DNA of 64,000 bases from Candidatus Latescibacterota bacterium (GCA_965248355.1 OZ252098.1:1696001-1760000), one strand, 5' to 3'; counted from the stretch's first letter, positions 29,522 to 41,253 are shown. Program-made: numbers and translations. The notes: generated by a model not told the origin, from the letters alone.

Positions 29522-32314
29522 ATGACCCTTTCTCACCTCGGCGAGCAGACCGAGACGGCCAGACGTCCCGGTCCCCCCGAGGCGAGACCCGAGCCGGCGG
29601 TCTCCCTCTCCCCGGTGGAGGATGTCGGCGCCTGGCGGGTGGTCTTCCGGGAAGGACTCTCGGGCGAGGCCTCGCCCGAAGCGGGCAACGGCCTCCAGAT
29701 TTCCTGCATCGGGGCGGGCGAAGTGGTCGTCACCACCCCGCGCCCCCTCCCCGTCCCCGCCGGTACGGCCGCCCTCCAGGTCTGGATCGATTCCCCCGGC
29801 CCCGGCGACGCGCAGGTTCCCGAGCTGTTCGTCCAGTTCGCCGGAGGCCAGGAAAGATCGGTGGGTAAGCTCGACTTCGCCGGCCGTCACCTGCTGCGCC
29901 GCACCCTGCCTTCCGGAACGAGCATCGCCGGGTTGACGATCCGCGGCCTCTTCCACCGCGAGAAGGTCGATCTGGCTCTCTCGGGCCTCGCCTTCGAGGC
30001 GGAGAGCACCGAGTCCCTCCCGCCGGCCCCCGCCAGGGAGCCCGCGTCGATGCTGCCGTCGACGGCCGAGGAGGTGACGAACTCGATCCAGAAGGACGGC
30101 ATCTCCTTCATCTTCGAGGCGCGATCCCTGTCGGCCGTGGTCCGCTATGTATACACCCCCATCGAGGGCAATCTCTCCGACATCGAGGTCGAGATCAACA
30201 ACGGCGACGCCATCAAGCTGGCGGAGGACGGGGGCATCAGCGTGTCCATGGAAGGGCGGGAATGGAGCCCCGAGGACGAGGAGATCGAACGCCACTTCGT
30301 CAGCTGCGAGCGGGTGGGAGACGCCGTCGAGGCGCGCTGGCAGTTTCGCCGGGGGAACGAGCTGGCCGATTTCCTGTACCGGATCCGCATCGGGGGCAAG
30401 TCCCTGCTCGTCGAGCTCGAAGGCGGCGGTGGAAAGGCCGCCGGCGTAGAACTCGGACACGTGGTGGGGGTGATCCATCCGCGCCTGATCCAGGTGCCCT
30501 ACTTCAATCTCGGAGACCGGCAGCCCACGGTGCTGTGCACCTCCGGGGTCTTCGTCAGCAGTTATCTCGACTGGTGCCAATCCCTGGCCTCGTCCCTGCA
30601 CGCCGCCCCCCGGCAGGCCGACCGGCTCATGCACCTGAACGGCGGTTGCCAGTACCTGGCGGCCTCCGATGGTCGTCGGGCCAACCTGCACGAGCGCTGG
30701 GTGCTGACGGTGTCGCGCCAGTTCGAGGAGGTCCTGCCGTCGAGCCCCCCCGGGGACCGGACCGATGCCCCGGCCCAGCTCTCTACCCGGTTCGTGTGGT
30801 GCCAGTTGCCGGAGATGGAAGCGGGTGAGGAGGCCTACGTCGAGGCCTACGAGCGCCTGCGCATGTACCGCCAGGTGGGACTGCGCGATCTCTTGGTGCT
30901 GCATCCCGAGTCGACCTGGCACGACGGCCTCGGGGGCAAGGCCATCGAGGCGGCAGGAGCCGAGGCCAAGGGCGGCGACGATGCCCTTCTGGAGTACCTC
31001 GAGGCGGTTCGCGAACTTGGGTACGAATACGCCATGAACGCCTCCTTCCGGCAGATCTCCCCCCTCGACGGGGCCTGGTCGGACGCCCCGGCCGCCCTCG
31101 ACGAATCGGGCGACTATACGGTGACCGGCCCGGGGCGCTACCTGCTGAAGCCGGACGGCGGCGCCCGGCTGGCGCCGGAACGCGTCGATCAGCTCGTCGA
31201 GCGCTACGGCGCTTCGGCCGTATACCTCACCGACCACGCTGCCGAGCCGCCGTGGGCCCGCCTCGACCGGGACGTTCGCCTCCAGGCCCCCTCGAGCTTC
31301 CGCCATACCTGGCTCAACGAGCAGGATCTGATGGCGGCCCTTGGCCGGCGGAATGTTCCCGTGGTGGTCGACGGGGGGAACCACTGGATGTACGATGGCC
31401 TGCTCTCCGGCGCGGTCGCCCGCCTGCGGACGGAGTCCCCCGCGCAGCAGCCCCTGCTCGTCGACTTCGCCCTGCGCCGGCTGCACGATGGCCAGATCGA
31501 CGCCGGGCTCGGCTCTCTGGAGGAGTTCTTCGCCCGGCCCATCCCCAAGGAGGAGCGCCACGCGCGCAGCTCCTGGTTCGACCGCTACCTGGCCGCGGTC
31601 ATCGCCTACGGCCACGCCGGGCTGCTTCCGGACCTTGAGCGGTGGGGCCTGCCCGCGGTGGCCAAGACCTATTACATGCTGCACGCCCTCCAGGGCCACT
31701 ACCTGGGGCTGAAGCCCGAATCCATCCACTACCAGCGCGGCGGCAATCTGCTCGAGACCACGGAGGCCCTGGTCGCCGGGGCGCACGAGTTGAGCCAGAT
31801 CCGGGTGGTCTTCGCCACCGGCCTGCACATCTACGTCAACTGCGCCCAGGAGGAGGAGTGGGTCATCGAGGTCGACGAGGCCACCTCCTACCGCCTGCCC
31901 CCGGCCTCCTTTCTCGCCCGGGGTCCCGGCGACCTGCTGGTCTACTCCGCCGACGCCGGCTCGGGGCGGATCGACTACGCCTCCTGTCCGGACTACCTCT
32001 ACTGCGACACCCGGGGCGCGCGGCTGACCATGGGGCCCCTGACGCTCGTCGGCGCGGCTGTTCTGACCCACGAGGACTGGGTGATCGACATCTACCCCCT
32101 CGACTGCGAGGAACCCCTCGAGATCGACCCCTCCCGCATCTGGAAGGACCGCCGCATGCCGCCCCTGCGGGTGCTCGCTTTCCGCGACGATGTCGACGAG
32201 CCGGAGGTGGTGTCGGCCAACGTCTCGGCGGAGAGCATCTCCATCGAGCCCCAGGACGACATCTGCCGCTACCGCATCACCCTTCCCGAGTGGATGATCG
32301 AACCCGGGAAGTGA
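29522..32314 (+). CDS. Large hypothetical protein, possibly glycoside-hydrolase-like
   Basis: 930-aa ORF with coding-like GC3 bias; TTGACA-16bp-TAGCTT upstream (29437-29464). Function is inferred only. Confidence 0.75.
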   Translation: MTLSHLGEQTETARRPGPPEARPEPAVSLSPVEDVGAWRVVFREGLSGEASPEAGNGLQISCIGAGEVVVTTPRPLPVPAGTAALQVWIDSPGPGDAQVPELFVQFAGGQERSVGKLDFAGRHLLRRTLPSGTSIAGLTIRGLFHREKVDLALSGLAFEAESTESLPPAPAREPASMLPSTAEEVTNSIQKDGISFIFEARSLSAVVRYVYTPIEGNLSDIEVEINNGDAIKLAEDGGISVSMEGREWSPEDEEIERHFVSCERVGDAVEARWQFRRGNELADFLYRIRIGGKSLLVELEGGGGKAAGVELGHVVGVIHPRLIQVPYFNLGDRQPTVLCTSGVFVSSYLDWCQSLASSLHAAPRQADRLMHLNGGCQYLAASDGRRANLHERWVLTVSRQFEEVLPSSPPGDRTDAPAQLSTRFVWCQLPEMEAGEEAYVEAYERLRMYRQVGLRDLLVLHPESTWHDGLGGKAIEAAGAEAKGGDDALLEYLEAVRELGYEYAMNASFRQISPLDGAWSDAPAALDESGDYTVTGPGRYLLKPDGGARLAPERVDQLVERYGASAVYLTDHAAEPPWARLDRDVRLQAPSSFRHTWLNEQDLMAALGRRNVPVVVDGGNHWMYDGLLSGAVARLRTESPAQQPLLVDFALRRLHDGQIDAGLGSLEEFFARPIPKEERHARSSWFDRYLAAVIAYGHAGLLPDLERWGLPAVAKTYYMLHALQGHYLGLKPESIHYQRGGNLLETTEALVAGAHELSQIRVVFATGLHIYVNCAQEEEWVIEVDEATSYRLPPASFLARGPGDLLVYSADAGSGRIDYASCPDYLYCDTRGARLTMGPLTLVGAAVLTHEDWVIDIYPLDCEEPLEIDPSRIWKDRRMPPLRVLAFRDDVDEPEVVSANVSAESISIEPQDDICRYRITLPEWMIEPGK

Positions 32315-32330
32315 ATCCCCTGCCGTCGAG

Positions 32331-33374
32331 TTGAGCCTCGAAGAGTCCCTCTTCCTCGCCGCCTGCCGGGGACGGGTCGGCCCCCGGCGTCCGGTCTGGC
32401 TCATGCGGCAGGCCGGACGCATCCTGGCCCCCTATCGCGAGCTCAAGGAGCGAATCGGCTCCATGGAGGGCATGTTTCGAGATCCCGCGGTGGCGGCCGA
32501 CGTGACCCTGATGCCCGTGGAGCTGCTCGGCGTCGATGCCGCCATCCTCTTCGCCGACATCTTCACACCGGTCGATCCCATGGGTTGCGCCGTCGCCTTC
32601 TCACCCGCTCCCATGCTCGAGTTCCACGTAGCCGGGCCCGCGGACCTGGCGCGCCTCCGGGAGATCGACTCGGAGCGCGATCTCGGTCATGTGGCGGAAA
32701 CGATCGGCCGAGTCCGCGAGCGGCTGCCCGCCGGGACTCCCCTCATCGGATTCGCCGGAGCGCCCTTCACCCTGGCCACCTACATGGCCGAGAGGGGCCC
32801 CCGCTCCCGGGAGTTCAGCGGCTACCGGCGGCTGCTGTGGAGCGACCCGCCCACCGCCCTTGGCCTGCTCGACAAGCTCACCGAGGTGAGCATCGACTAC
32901 CTGTCGATGCAGGTCCGCGCCGGGGCCCAGGCCCTGCAGTTGTTCGACACCTGGGTCGGCGTCCTCTCCCTGGCCGACTTCCAGGCCATCATCCTGCCGC
33001 GGCTGCAGCGCATCTTCCGTCACCTGACCGACCTCGGTGTGCCGGCCATCTACTACGCCAACAACGCCGCCCACCTCGTCGACGCGCTGGAACGCGTCGG
33101 CGCCGATGTCCTCTCCCTGGACTGGCGCACCGACCTGGGCGCCCTGTTCCAGCGCTGGAACGGCCGGATCCCCCTGCAGGGAAACCTCGACCCGGCGCGA
33201 CTCTTCGACCACCCCGATCGGGTGGAGGCGGAGGTTCGGCGGCTGCTGCGAACCACGGAGGGCTATCCTCACCTGTTCAACCTGGGTCACGGGGTCCATC
33301 CGGAGACCCCGTACGCCAGTGTGGTCCGGCTGGTGGAGACGGTTCAGGGATACGGCCGGGAGAGCTGGGAATGA
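32331..33374 (+). CDS. hemE: Uroporphyrinogen decarboxylase
   Basis: PVWLMRQAGR, AAILFAD, IGFAGAPFT, QGNLDP and FNLGHG motifs. Confidence 0.93.
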   Translation: MSLEESLFLAACRGRVGPRRPVWLMRQAGRILAPYRELKERIGSMEGMFRDPAVAADVTLMPVELLGVDAAILFADIFTPVDPMGCAVAFSPAPMLEFHVAGPADLARLREIDSERDLGHVAETIGRVRERLPAGTPLIGFAGAPFTLATYMAERGPRSREFSGYRRLLWSDPPTALGLLDKLTEVSIDYLSMQVRAGAQALQLFDTWVGVLSLADFQAIILPRLQRIFRHLTDLGVPAIYYANNAAHLVDALERVGADVLSLDWRTDLGALFQRWNGRIPLQGNLDPARLFDHPDRVEAEVRRLLRTTEGYPHLFNLGHGVHPETPYASVVRLVETVQGYGRESWE

Positions 33375-33604
33375 CCGCGAAGGAGATGCTCGAGAAAGGC
33401 GTAACCCGCCGTCACACCTTCTTCTGCGTCGACCGCGAGAGGCACGGCGGCCGAGGAGTGATCGAGGCGGTGCCGAAGAGGATCACCGTCTTCGGAAGGA
33501 CCGTCGATGGCTGGATCATCACCACCGAGAGGCCGGTGATCGACAAGACGATCACCCTGGACGAATCCATGGAGGGTTTCGGGTCGAATCACGACCCCGA
33601 ATGA
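33371..33604 (+). CDS. Small hypothetical protein (77 aa)
   Basis: ATGA overlap with the hemE stop; GC3-rich codons; begins MTAKEMLEKG. Confidence 0.65.
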   Translation: MTAKEMLEKGVTRRHTFFCVDRERHGGRGVIEAVPKRITVFGRTVDGWIITTERPVIDKTITLDESMEGFGSNHDPE

Positions 33605-33617
33605 GTCCGCCGGGCCC

Positions 33618-34091
33618 CTAGGGCTCCCAGCGCAAGTCCCCCTTCCGCCATCGCGCCCAGCGCTGAGGCGGTGCCTCGACCTCGTCCCCCGGCGCCATGA
33701 ACTCGCCGACGAAATCGGCTCCCTCGTCGTAGGCCTTCCACAGGGACGGGAAATCCGCTTCGAGCAGCTCCTTCACCCGCGTGCGGATTCCCTCGGCATG
33801 GTAGGTGAGCAGGCGCTTGGTCTCCCGGCGGCCGGACTCCTTCAGGTGCTCCGCCATGGGAGAGCTGATCCACAGAACGAAGCGTACCTGGTTGCCGTCG
33901 GCGAGCTCCAGGCCGACGCGGTAGGCCGGATAGGAGAGCCGCAGCCCTAGCACCTGCAGGCGCAGGCTGAGCCACTCTCTCTGGGTTACCGTCCGCGGTT
34001 GATCCAGCTCGGCGTCGACGAGCTCGGCGGCCACCGGCTGGGCCGCGAGGAGGACGCCGAGGGCGGCGGCCAGGACGGGCATCCACGACAT
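33618..34091 (-). CDS. Hypothetical secreted protein (start uncertain, 34136 possible)
   Basis: Signal-peptide-like MPVLAAALGVLLAAQPVAA; last gene of the CBS-korAB run. Confidence 0.65.
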   Translation of the reverse strand: MSWMPVLAAALGVLLAAQPVAAELVDAELDQPRTVTQREWLSLRLQVLGLRLSYPAYRVGLELADGNQVRFVLWISSPMAEHLKESGRRETKRLLTYHAEGIRTRVKELLEADFPSLWKAYDEGADFVGEFMAPGDEVEAPPQRWARWRKGDLRWEP

Positions 34092-34125
34092 AGGCTGGCT
34101 CACCTCACCCCCGCGGCGGTCGCGC

Positions 34126-34670
34126 TCAGCGACCATCCCCGGGGCGCGTGAAGTTCTCTTCCATGAAGATGAGGATGTCCCGCAGGGAGATGAATCCCAC
34201 GGGGCACCCGTCCTCGTCGACGAGCGGTACGTGGCGGAAGCCGTGGACCGCCATCATGTGGAGGGCGCGGCTGATCGGATCGGAAGGCTTCAGCGCCGTC
34301 GGGCCGGGCGTCATCAGGCTCTCCACCGGGACCGCCTCGAGGTTCTCGATCAGGCCCGCCACGCGGTACAGCACGTCGCGCTCGGTGAAGATCCCCACGA
34401 GCTCGCCGCCGTGGTTGGTGACCAGCACGCAACCCACGTTGCGGCCCTTGAGCCGGGAGATCGTCTCCGCCAGGCAGGTCTGGCGCTCGACGCTCTCCGG
34501 AAACCGGGGATTGAGGCGCAGAAGCGGTTGCTGCAGGATCGAGGACTCCCCGTCCTCGAGCTCCTCCGGCGGGATCAGGCTCTGTCCGCACTCCTCGCAC
34601 AGGTCGGCCCCGGCCATGTTGCCGTGACCGCAGGCGGAGCACAGGACGCCATCGGAGGCGGCCATGGGGG

Positions 34671-34674
<4 letters not shown>
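34126..34674 (-). CDS. CBS-domain protein with N-terminal zinc ribbon
   Basis: CSAC...CEEC, GIFTERD and GFRHVP motifs. Confidence 0.87.
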
Positions 34675-35687
<1,013 letters not shown>

Positions 35688-35707
35688 CTGCTGGCTCCGC
35701 TGGTTCG

Positions 35708-37579
35708 TCAGTCGAGGATCGATCGGATCTTTTCGGAGATTTCGCGGATCTTGAAGGGCTGTCCCTGCACCTTGTTCAGCGTCACCACCCGGACCGGGAA
35801 CCGGGCCTGGAGCAGCATCGCCAGCTGTCCCATGTTGAGCTCGGGCACCAGCACCTGGCGGTAGCGGCCGATGACGTTGCCCAGGTTCCCCGGGAAGGGA
35901 TTCAGGTGACGGAGGTGAAGGCTGGCCACGGACCGCCCCTGTTGCTGCATGTGCTCCACGGCCGCCCGGATGGCCCCGTAAGTCCCACCCCACCCGATGA
36001 CGAGCAGGTCGCCGCGATCGGGACCGAAGACCTCGGCGTCGGGGATCGAGTCGGCCACGCCCGCCACCTTGTCGGCGCGGATGCGGACGATCTCCTCGTG
36101 GTCCCTGGGGTCGTAGGAGACGTCGCCGGTTCCGTCCCGCTTGCCGAGCCCCCCGATCCGGTGCTCCAGCCCCGGAGTTCCGGGGAGAACCCAGGGACGG
36201 GCCAGGGTCTCTGGATCCCGCATGTAGGGCTGGTATCCGTCGGGGTCGGTCCGATGCTCGGCCGGGATCACCGGGATGGCATCGACGTCGGGGATCCTCC
36301 AGGGCTCCGAGTTGTTGGCCAGATAGCCGTCGGACAGCAGGAACACCGGCGTCATGTAGCGCACGGCGATCCGGCAGGCCTCGATGGTCAGATCGAAGCA
36401 GTCCGCCGAGGTCGCCGCCGCCAGGACGGGTATCGGACTCTCTCCGTTGCGCCCGAAGAGGACCTCGAGAAGGTCCGCCTGCTCGGTCTTCGTGGGCAGG
36501 CCCGTGCTTGGCCCGCCGCGCTGCACGTCGACGATCACCATGGGCAGCTCCAGGACCACCGCGAGGTTGATCCCTTCGCTCTTCAGGGCGATGCCCGGCC
36601 CGCTGGAGGCGGTGGCGGCCAGGGCTCCGCCAAAGGCGGCGCCGATGATCGAGCCGATGGCGGCGATCTCGTCCTCCGCCTGGAAGGTGCGGACGTCGAA
36701 GGACTTGAGCGCCGCCAGGCCCTCAAGGATCGGGCTCGCCGGGGTGATCGGATAGCTGCCGTAGAAAAGCGGCTTGCCCGCCTTGTGCGCGGCCGTCACC
36801 AGGCCGAGGACGACCGCCTCGTTGCCGGTGATCCGCCGGTACGTGCCCGGCTCGACCTCGGTGCGGCTCGGCACCTGCATGCGGCCGGAGAACGCTTCCG
36901 ACGTCTCCCCGAAGGCGTATCCCGCCTTCAGGGCCCGGGTGTTGGCCTCGACGACCTGGGGGCGCTTGGCGAACTTCTTCTCGTAGAAGCCCAGGGTCGT
37001 GTCGAGGGGACGGTCGAACAACCAGAACGCCAGGCCCAGGGCGAAAGCGTTCTTGCACAAGTCCTTCTGCTGCGTCGTCATCCCGTCCAGATCCTCGAGC
37101 GCGCTGCGCGTGAGGGTCGTGAGCGGAACGCGGTGCACCTCGTACCCCCGGAGGCTGTCGTCGTCGAGGGGGGTGGCTGCGTACCCCGCTTTGCGCAGGT
37201 TGTTGCGCGTGAAGGCGTCTTCGTTGACGATGATCACTCCCCCGGGCCGCAGATCCTCGAGGTTGGCCGTCAGGGCCGCCGGGTTCATGGCGACCAGCAC
37301 CTGGGGCTCGTCGCCGGCGGTGTAGATCTCGGTGGAGGAGAAGTTGACCTGGAACCCGGACAGCCCGGGGATGGTGCCGGCCGGGGCGCGGATCTCGGCG
37401 GGAAAGTCCGGGAACGTCGATACGTCGTTGCCCAGGACCGCGGATGTGTTGGTGAACTGGTCTCCCGTGAGCTGCATGCCGTCACCGGAATCGCCCGAGA
37501 AGCGGATGACGACGGATTCCTCTCGGCGCATGGTCGCGTCGTGCACGGCTGACGGCTGGGCGGCCGGCGTCTCGGCCAT
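35708..37579 (-). CDS. korA: 2-oxoacid:ferredoxin oxidoreductase alpha subunit
   Basis: GDSGDG, YPITP, QAEDEIA and QRGGPSTG motifs. Confidence 0.93.
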   Translation of the reverse strand: MAETPAAQPSAVHDATMRREESVVIRFSGDSGDGMQLTGDQFTNTSAVLGNDVSTFPDFPAEIRAPAGTIPGLSGFQVNFSSTEIYTAGDEPQVLVAMNPAALTANLEDLRPGGVIIVNEDAFTRNNLRKAGYAATPLDDDSLRGYEVHRVPLTTLTRSALEDLDGMTTQQKDLCKNAFALGLAFWLFDRPLDTTLGFYEKKFAKRPQVVEANTRALKAGYAFGETSEAFSGRMQVPSRTEVEPGTYRRITGNEAVVLGLVTAAHKAGKPLFYGSYPITPASPILEGLAALKSFDVRTFQAEDEIAAIGSIIGAAFGGALAATASSGPGIALKSEGINLAVVLELPMVIVDVQRGGPSTGLPTKTEQADLLEVLFGRNGESPIPVLAAATSADCFDLTIEACRIAVRYMTPVFLLSDGYLANNSEPWRIPDVDAIPVIPAEHRTDPDGYQPYMRDPETLARPWVLPGTPGLEHRIGGLGKRDGTGDVSYDPRDHEEIVRIRADKVAGVADSIPDAEVFGPDRGDLLVIGWGGTYGAIRAAVEHMQQQGRSVASLHLRHLNPFPGNLGNVIGRYRQVLVPELNMGQLAMLLQARFPVRVVTLNKVQGQPFKIREISEKIRSILD

Positions 37580-37636
37580 CAAAGGTCCTCCTGTCGGGCG
37601 GGGATCGTTCGCGGGGGGTTCGGGGGCCACGAGGCG

Positions 37637-38107
37637 TCAGGCTCCCTCGCGGGTGCGCGGAATCAACTCTGGATCGGGAGGGAGATTGTAGACCTCTCGC
37701 GGGAAGTGATCGGTGAGGAACCGGATGACGGCGTGCTGGCAGAGATTGCCCACCACCCGGCCTTCGGTGTCGAGGACGGGCACGTTCCGGTAGTGTCCCT
37801 CGCGCATGAAGTGCAAGGCGTGCCCGGCCGTATCATCGGGAGAGACGGTCTGCGGACCCGGCGTCATGAGCTCCCGCACCGGGACCGAGAGGCGCGACGA
37901 GTCGCCGGCTACCTTCAGGAGAACGTCTCGTTCCGTGAAGATCCCTTCCAGCCGGCCCGCCTCCCCCACGATCAGGGCCGCGCTCGCTCGTTCTTCGCGC
38001 ATGGCGGCCAAGACTTCGGCGACGGTGGAGGCCCCCGAGACCTGAACGGAGCCGCTCAGATCGAGATGGGAGATCCTCTCGTCGCGCAGAGCTTCGACCA
38101 GATTCAT
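37637..38107 (-). CDS. CBS-domain protein
   Basis: GIFTERD, LMTP.P and YRNVPV motifs. Confidence 0.88.
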   Translation of the reverse strand: MNLVEALRDERISHLDLSGSVQVSGASTVAEVLAAMREERASAALIVGEAGRLEGIFTERDVLLKVAGDSSRLSVPVRELMTPGPQTVSPDDTAGHALHFMREGHYRNVPVLDTEGRVVGNLCQHAVIRFLTDHFPREVYNLPPDPELIPRTREGA

Positions 38108-38149
38108 CAGTCCGTAGGGGATACTGGCGGCAAAATCAACAGCTGCAAG

Positions 38150-38177
38150 AATATACCCTACCCCTGAAAACCGTCAA
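38150..38177 (-). promoter_or_regulatory. Putative sigma70 promoter for CBS-korAB-CBS
   Basis: TTGACG-16bp-TATATT in an AT-rich gap, overlapping the upstream stop codon. Confidence 0.5.
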
Positions 38178-40363
38178 GGAAGAGGCTCGGGGAGCCTCAC
38201 CACGCAATCCGCCGCGGCCTCCAGATCGCCCGAGGCATCGGCTGCGAGAAGGCTGACCCTGCGAGAGGCGAGACCCAGAAGGGACTCTGCGACCCGGGCC
38301 GCCGTCTCCGGCGGGCAGCCCGCCGAAGGCCGGTCGAGAAGGAGCAACTCGTCCTCCCGGGCGCTCACCGAATGCCGCGCAAGTCCGGCCAGGAGGCGTT
38401 CTGCTTCCTCCAGCCTGTCGAGGCTGTCCCCCAGCCGTCTCCCGGCGAGACCGTTGCGGACCGCCGCTACGAGGGGTTCGTACACGCTCCGCTCCCGCCG
38501 GAAGTGGGCGGCCCCTTCCTCTACGGTCATGGCGAGCACCTCGGCCACGTTGACGCCACGTCCGGTGACCCCCAGGACCTCTTCGCCGAACCGCTGGCCC
38601 TCACAGCGGGGGCAGGTTGCAGCAAAGTCCTCCATCACCTCCAGCCGGTGATGCACCACGCCGGCCCCCTCGCAGAGGCTGCAGCGTCCACCCGGCCGAT
38701 CGAGGAGGAAGCTCCGGGTCTCGAGGCCCAGCTCCTGCGCCGCCGGCCCCCGCGCCAGCAGACGCGCGAAGGGGCGCAGAGCACCGAGCCGGTCCATGAG
38801 CACCGCCTGGTCCCCCGCCGGGGACCTCGCCTCGGCGCCGAGGTCGATGCAGCGTCGGACCGCCGGCGCCCGGACCCGCCGCACCGGGACGCCCCGCTTG
38901 GCGGAAAGGGCCTCGGCAATCAGCCGAAGGAGGGCCGTCTTCCCCGAGCCCATGGGGCCGGCCAGCAGCACCAGCCGCCCCAGAGGGATCCTGAGCTCCG
39001 GGCCCCGCGGCACGGGCCCCGGGTCGCAATCGTCCGGGGCCTCCGCCACGACCAGACCCGGCTCCTCTTCCACCCCTGGACGCAGGGCGCCCCGCCGGAC
39101 GGCCGGCGTGAGTCCCGGCGCCTCCGGACCGATGTGGACCACCTCGTCCGCCCACTCGATCGCCGATGGGTGGCCGTCAACTACTACCACCGAGTTCCCG
39201 ATCTCGACCAGTCTCCGCAAGCCGTGGATCGCCCGCTCCCGGGCCGGCCTGTCGAGGGCGGAAGGCGGGGAAAGGACGACGTGCAGGATTCCGCTGAGGC
39301 CTCCGGCGAGGCCCGCTGCCACGCCCAGCAACAACTGCTCGCCGTGGGACAGGTCGGCCAGGCGCCGCCCCGGCGGCAACTCCTGCAGGCCGAGATCGGC
39401 GACCGCCGAGAGAGTCCTCCGCAGCCGGCCGGCGGGATCCGGAAACCTTGCCTCCGCCTCCTCCGTCAGATCGGTGAGATGCTTCAGCCGCGCCCCCCGG
39501 ACCCACTCGCCCAGGGGCTGGCCGGCCAGCTCGACGAGCAGGTGCCGGTCCTGCTCCCCGGTGATGACCCGCTCCCAGTCGGGCTCCTCCCGCTCGGCGC
39601 CACAGCCGCCGCAGGTGAGGCGGGGGCCCGTCCATACCTCCAGGCCGTCGTCCTCCCCCACGAGCAGGCTCGCCCCCGAGGCGAGAGCCCGCGAGTTGCG
39701 CACCGCCTCCCCCACCCGGGCCCGGGTTCGCCCCGCCCCCGGCGCGAGGCGATCGACGACGACCTCCATGGAGCCCGAGGGAAGGTCCTCCGCATCGAAC
39801 CGGTCGAGACGATGCAGCCGGGTCCCGACGCGCAGTCGTCGAAACCCGGCCCGGACCAGTTCCTCGAGCACGCCCGGCCGTGCGCTGGCGTCCTCCAACT
39901 CCACCGGCGCCACGAACCACACGGTCTGGCCGGGGAAGCGCTCCTCGAGCAACTCGGCGACACCCTCCTCGTCCAGGGAGGCGCAGCGGCCTCCACAGTC
40001 GGGGCAGGTGATCTCCGACAGGCCGCTGACCAGCCGGGACAGATCGCCCATCAGGTGGAGTCTCGAACCCACGGTCTGCCCACCTGGCGTTGCGGGCAGC
40101 CTCTGGGCGGGGGGCAGGCCGTCGATGTCGTCCACCGCTGCGGAGGCGCCGACACCGCCGAGGCTGGCTCGCTCGAAGGGGGACATGGACAACAGGTACC
40201 GCCGGCGGCTCTCGCCCAGAAGGACCCGGTGGGCCAGGGTCTCCACGCCGGCCCCCATGGCCCCGGAGAGACAGACGACTCGACCCAGGGCGATGGTCAC
40301 GTCGACCCCCGCCAGAGGGGCCTCGCGCACACCTCGCAATCGGATCCGTCCGTTCGCCGTCAT
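38174..40363 (-). CDS. Degenerate UvrA-like protein
   Basis: Colinear with UvrA (IRLRG.., GESRRRYL.S.S, EVVVDRL, GGRC..C.G.G, C..C.G.RF), but the ABC motifs are altered. Confidence 0.8.
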   Translation of the reverse strand: MTANGRIRLRGVREAPLAGVDVTIALGRVVCLSGAMGAGVETLAHRVLLGESRRRYLLSMSPFERASLGGVGASAAVDDIDGLPPAQRLPATPGGQTVGSRLHLMGDLSRLVSGLSEITCPDCGGRCASLDEEGVAELLEERFPGQTVWFVAPVELEDASARPGVLEELVRAGFRRLRVGTRLHRLDRFDAEDLPSGSMEVVVDRLAPGAGRTRARVGEAVRNSRALASGASLLVGEDDGLEVWTGPRLTCGGCGAEREEPDWERVITGEQDRHLLVELAGQPLGEWVRGARLKHLTDLTEEAEARFPDPAGRLRRTLSAVADLGLQELPPGRRLADLSHGEQLLLGVAAGLAGGLSGILHVVLSPPSALDRPARERAIHGLRRLVEIGNSVVVVDGHPSAIEWADEVVHIGPEAPGLTPAVRRGALRPGVEEEPGLVVAEAPDDCDPGPVPRGPELRIPLGRLVLLAGPMGSGKTALLRLIAEALSAKRGVPVRRVRAPAVRRCIDLGAEARSPAGDQAVLMDRLGALRPFARLLARGPAAQELGLETRSFLLDRPGGRCSLCEGAGVVHHRLEVMEDFAATCPRCEGQRFGEEVLGVTGRGVNVAEVLAMTVEEGAAHFRRERSVYEPLVAAVRNGLAGRRLGDSLDRLEEAERLLAGLARHSVSAREDELLLLDRPSAGCPPETAARVAESLLGLASRRVSLLAADASGDLEAAADCVVRLPEPLP

Positions 40364-40440
40364 CGGAGGAGGATGGCGCTCGGACGTGCCGCGGCCGATC
40401 CTTGACGGACATGCGCCGGCCGCCACAGGAGAGGACGTCC

Positions 40441-41253
40441 ATGTCTTACATAGTCGCTTGCGCCCTTGCCGGGCTGCTCCTCTCGATCGGCCCGGTCCGG
40501 GCCGACGCCGGGCCCTTTTCCCATGACCTTCTCGACAGTCTGCTGGTGAATCGGGTCGACGACCGCGGCCGAGTCGACTACGCCGGTCTGGCCCGGGCCC
40601 CCCGCCGCCTCGACCTCTACCTGTCTCGACTGGCCGCCTGCAGTCCGGCGCGCGGCCCCGTGCGGTTTCCCTCCGAGGCCGACGCTCTCGCGTACTGGAT
40701 CAACGCCTACAACGCCTTCGTCCTGCGCGGGGTGCTGGACTCCTTCCCCATGGACAGCGTCGAAGAGGCGCCGGGCGGTCTGGACGGGTTCTTCCGGGTC
40801 CGCCGCTTCGTCGCCGGCGGGGATTCCCTGACCCTCGACGAGATCGAGAACTCGATCATTCGCCCCCGCTTCCGCGACCCCCGCATCCACTTCGCCGTCA
40901 ACTGCGCCGCGATCAGCTGCCCTGCCCTGGATGCCAGGGCCTATGGCGCCGCCGATCTCGACGAGCATCTGGACCGTCAGGCTCGACGCTTCGCACGGGA
41001 TCCGATGCACGTGCACATCGACAACGGCCGTCTTCGCCTCTCGAGGATCATGGACTGGTACGGGGAGGACTTCGTGAAGTGGTTCCCTCGCCATCGCCTG
41101 GAGGAGCCGCCTGCGGCCCCCACGCTCCTGGACTACCTGCTTCTCTACCTGCCCGAGGAGAAGGCCCGGTCGTTGGGCGCCGCCGGGTCCGTTGCCGTCG
41201 ACTTCATGGAGTACGACTGGTCGCTGAACCTCCAACCGCCGGGCGGGGGCTAG
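40441..41253 (+). CDS. DUF547 domain protein (secreted)
   Basis: LAYWINAYN, DPRIHFAVNCAAISCP and YDWSLN motifs. Confidence 0.88.
   Translation: MSYIVACALAGLLLSIGPVRADAGPFSHDLLDSLLVNRVDDRGRVDYAGLARAPRRLDLYLSRLAACSPARGPVRFPSEADALAYWINAYNAFVLRGVLDSFPMDSVEEAPGGLDGFFRVRRFVAGGDSLTLDEIENSIIRPRFRDPRIHFAVNCAAISCPALDARAYGAADLDEHLDRQARRFARDPMHVHIDNGRLRLSRIMDWYGEDFVKWFPRHRLEEPPAAPTLLDYLLLYLPEEKARSLGAAGSVAVDFMEYDWSLNLQPPGGG

Noticed and set aside
29390..32422. Long antisense ORFs (also 2581-3852, 4784-5851, 27255-29378, 60270-62462 and others)
   Set aside because: Shadow frames of high-GC genes on the opposite strand, with no recognisable motifs.
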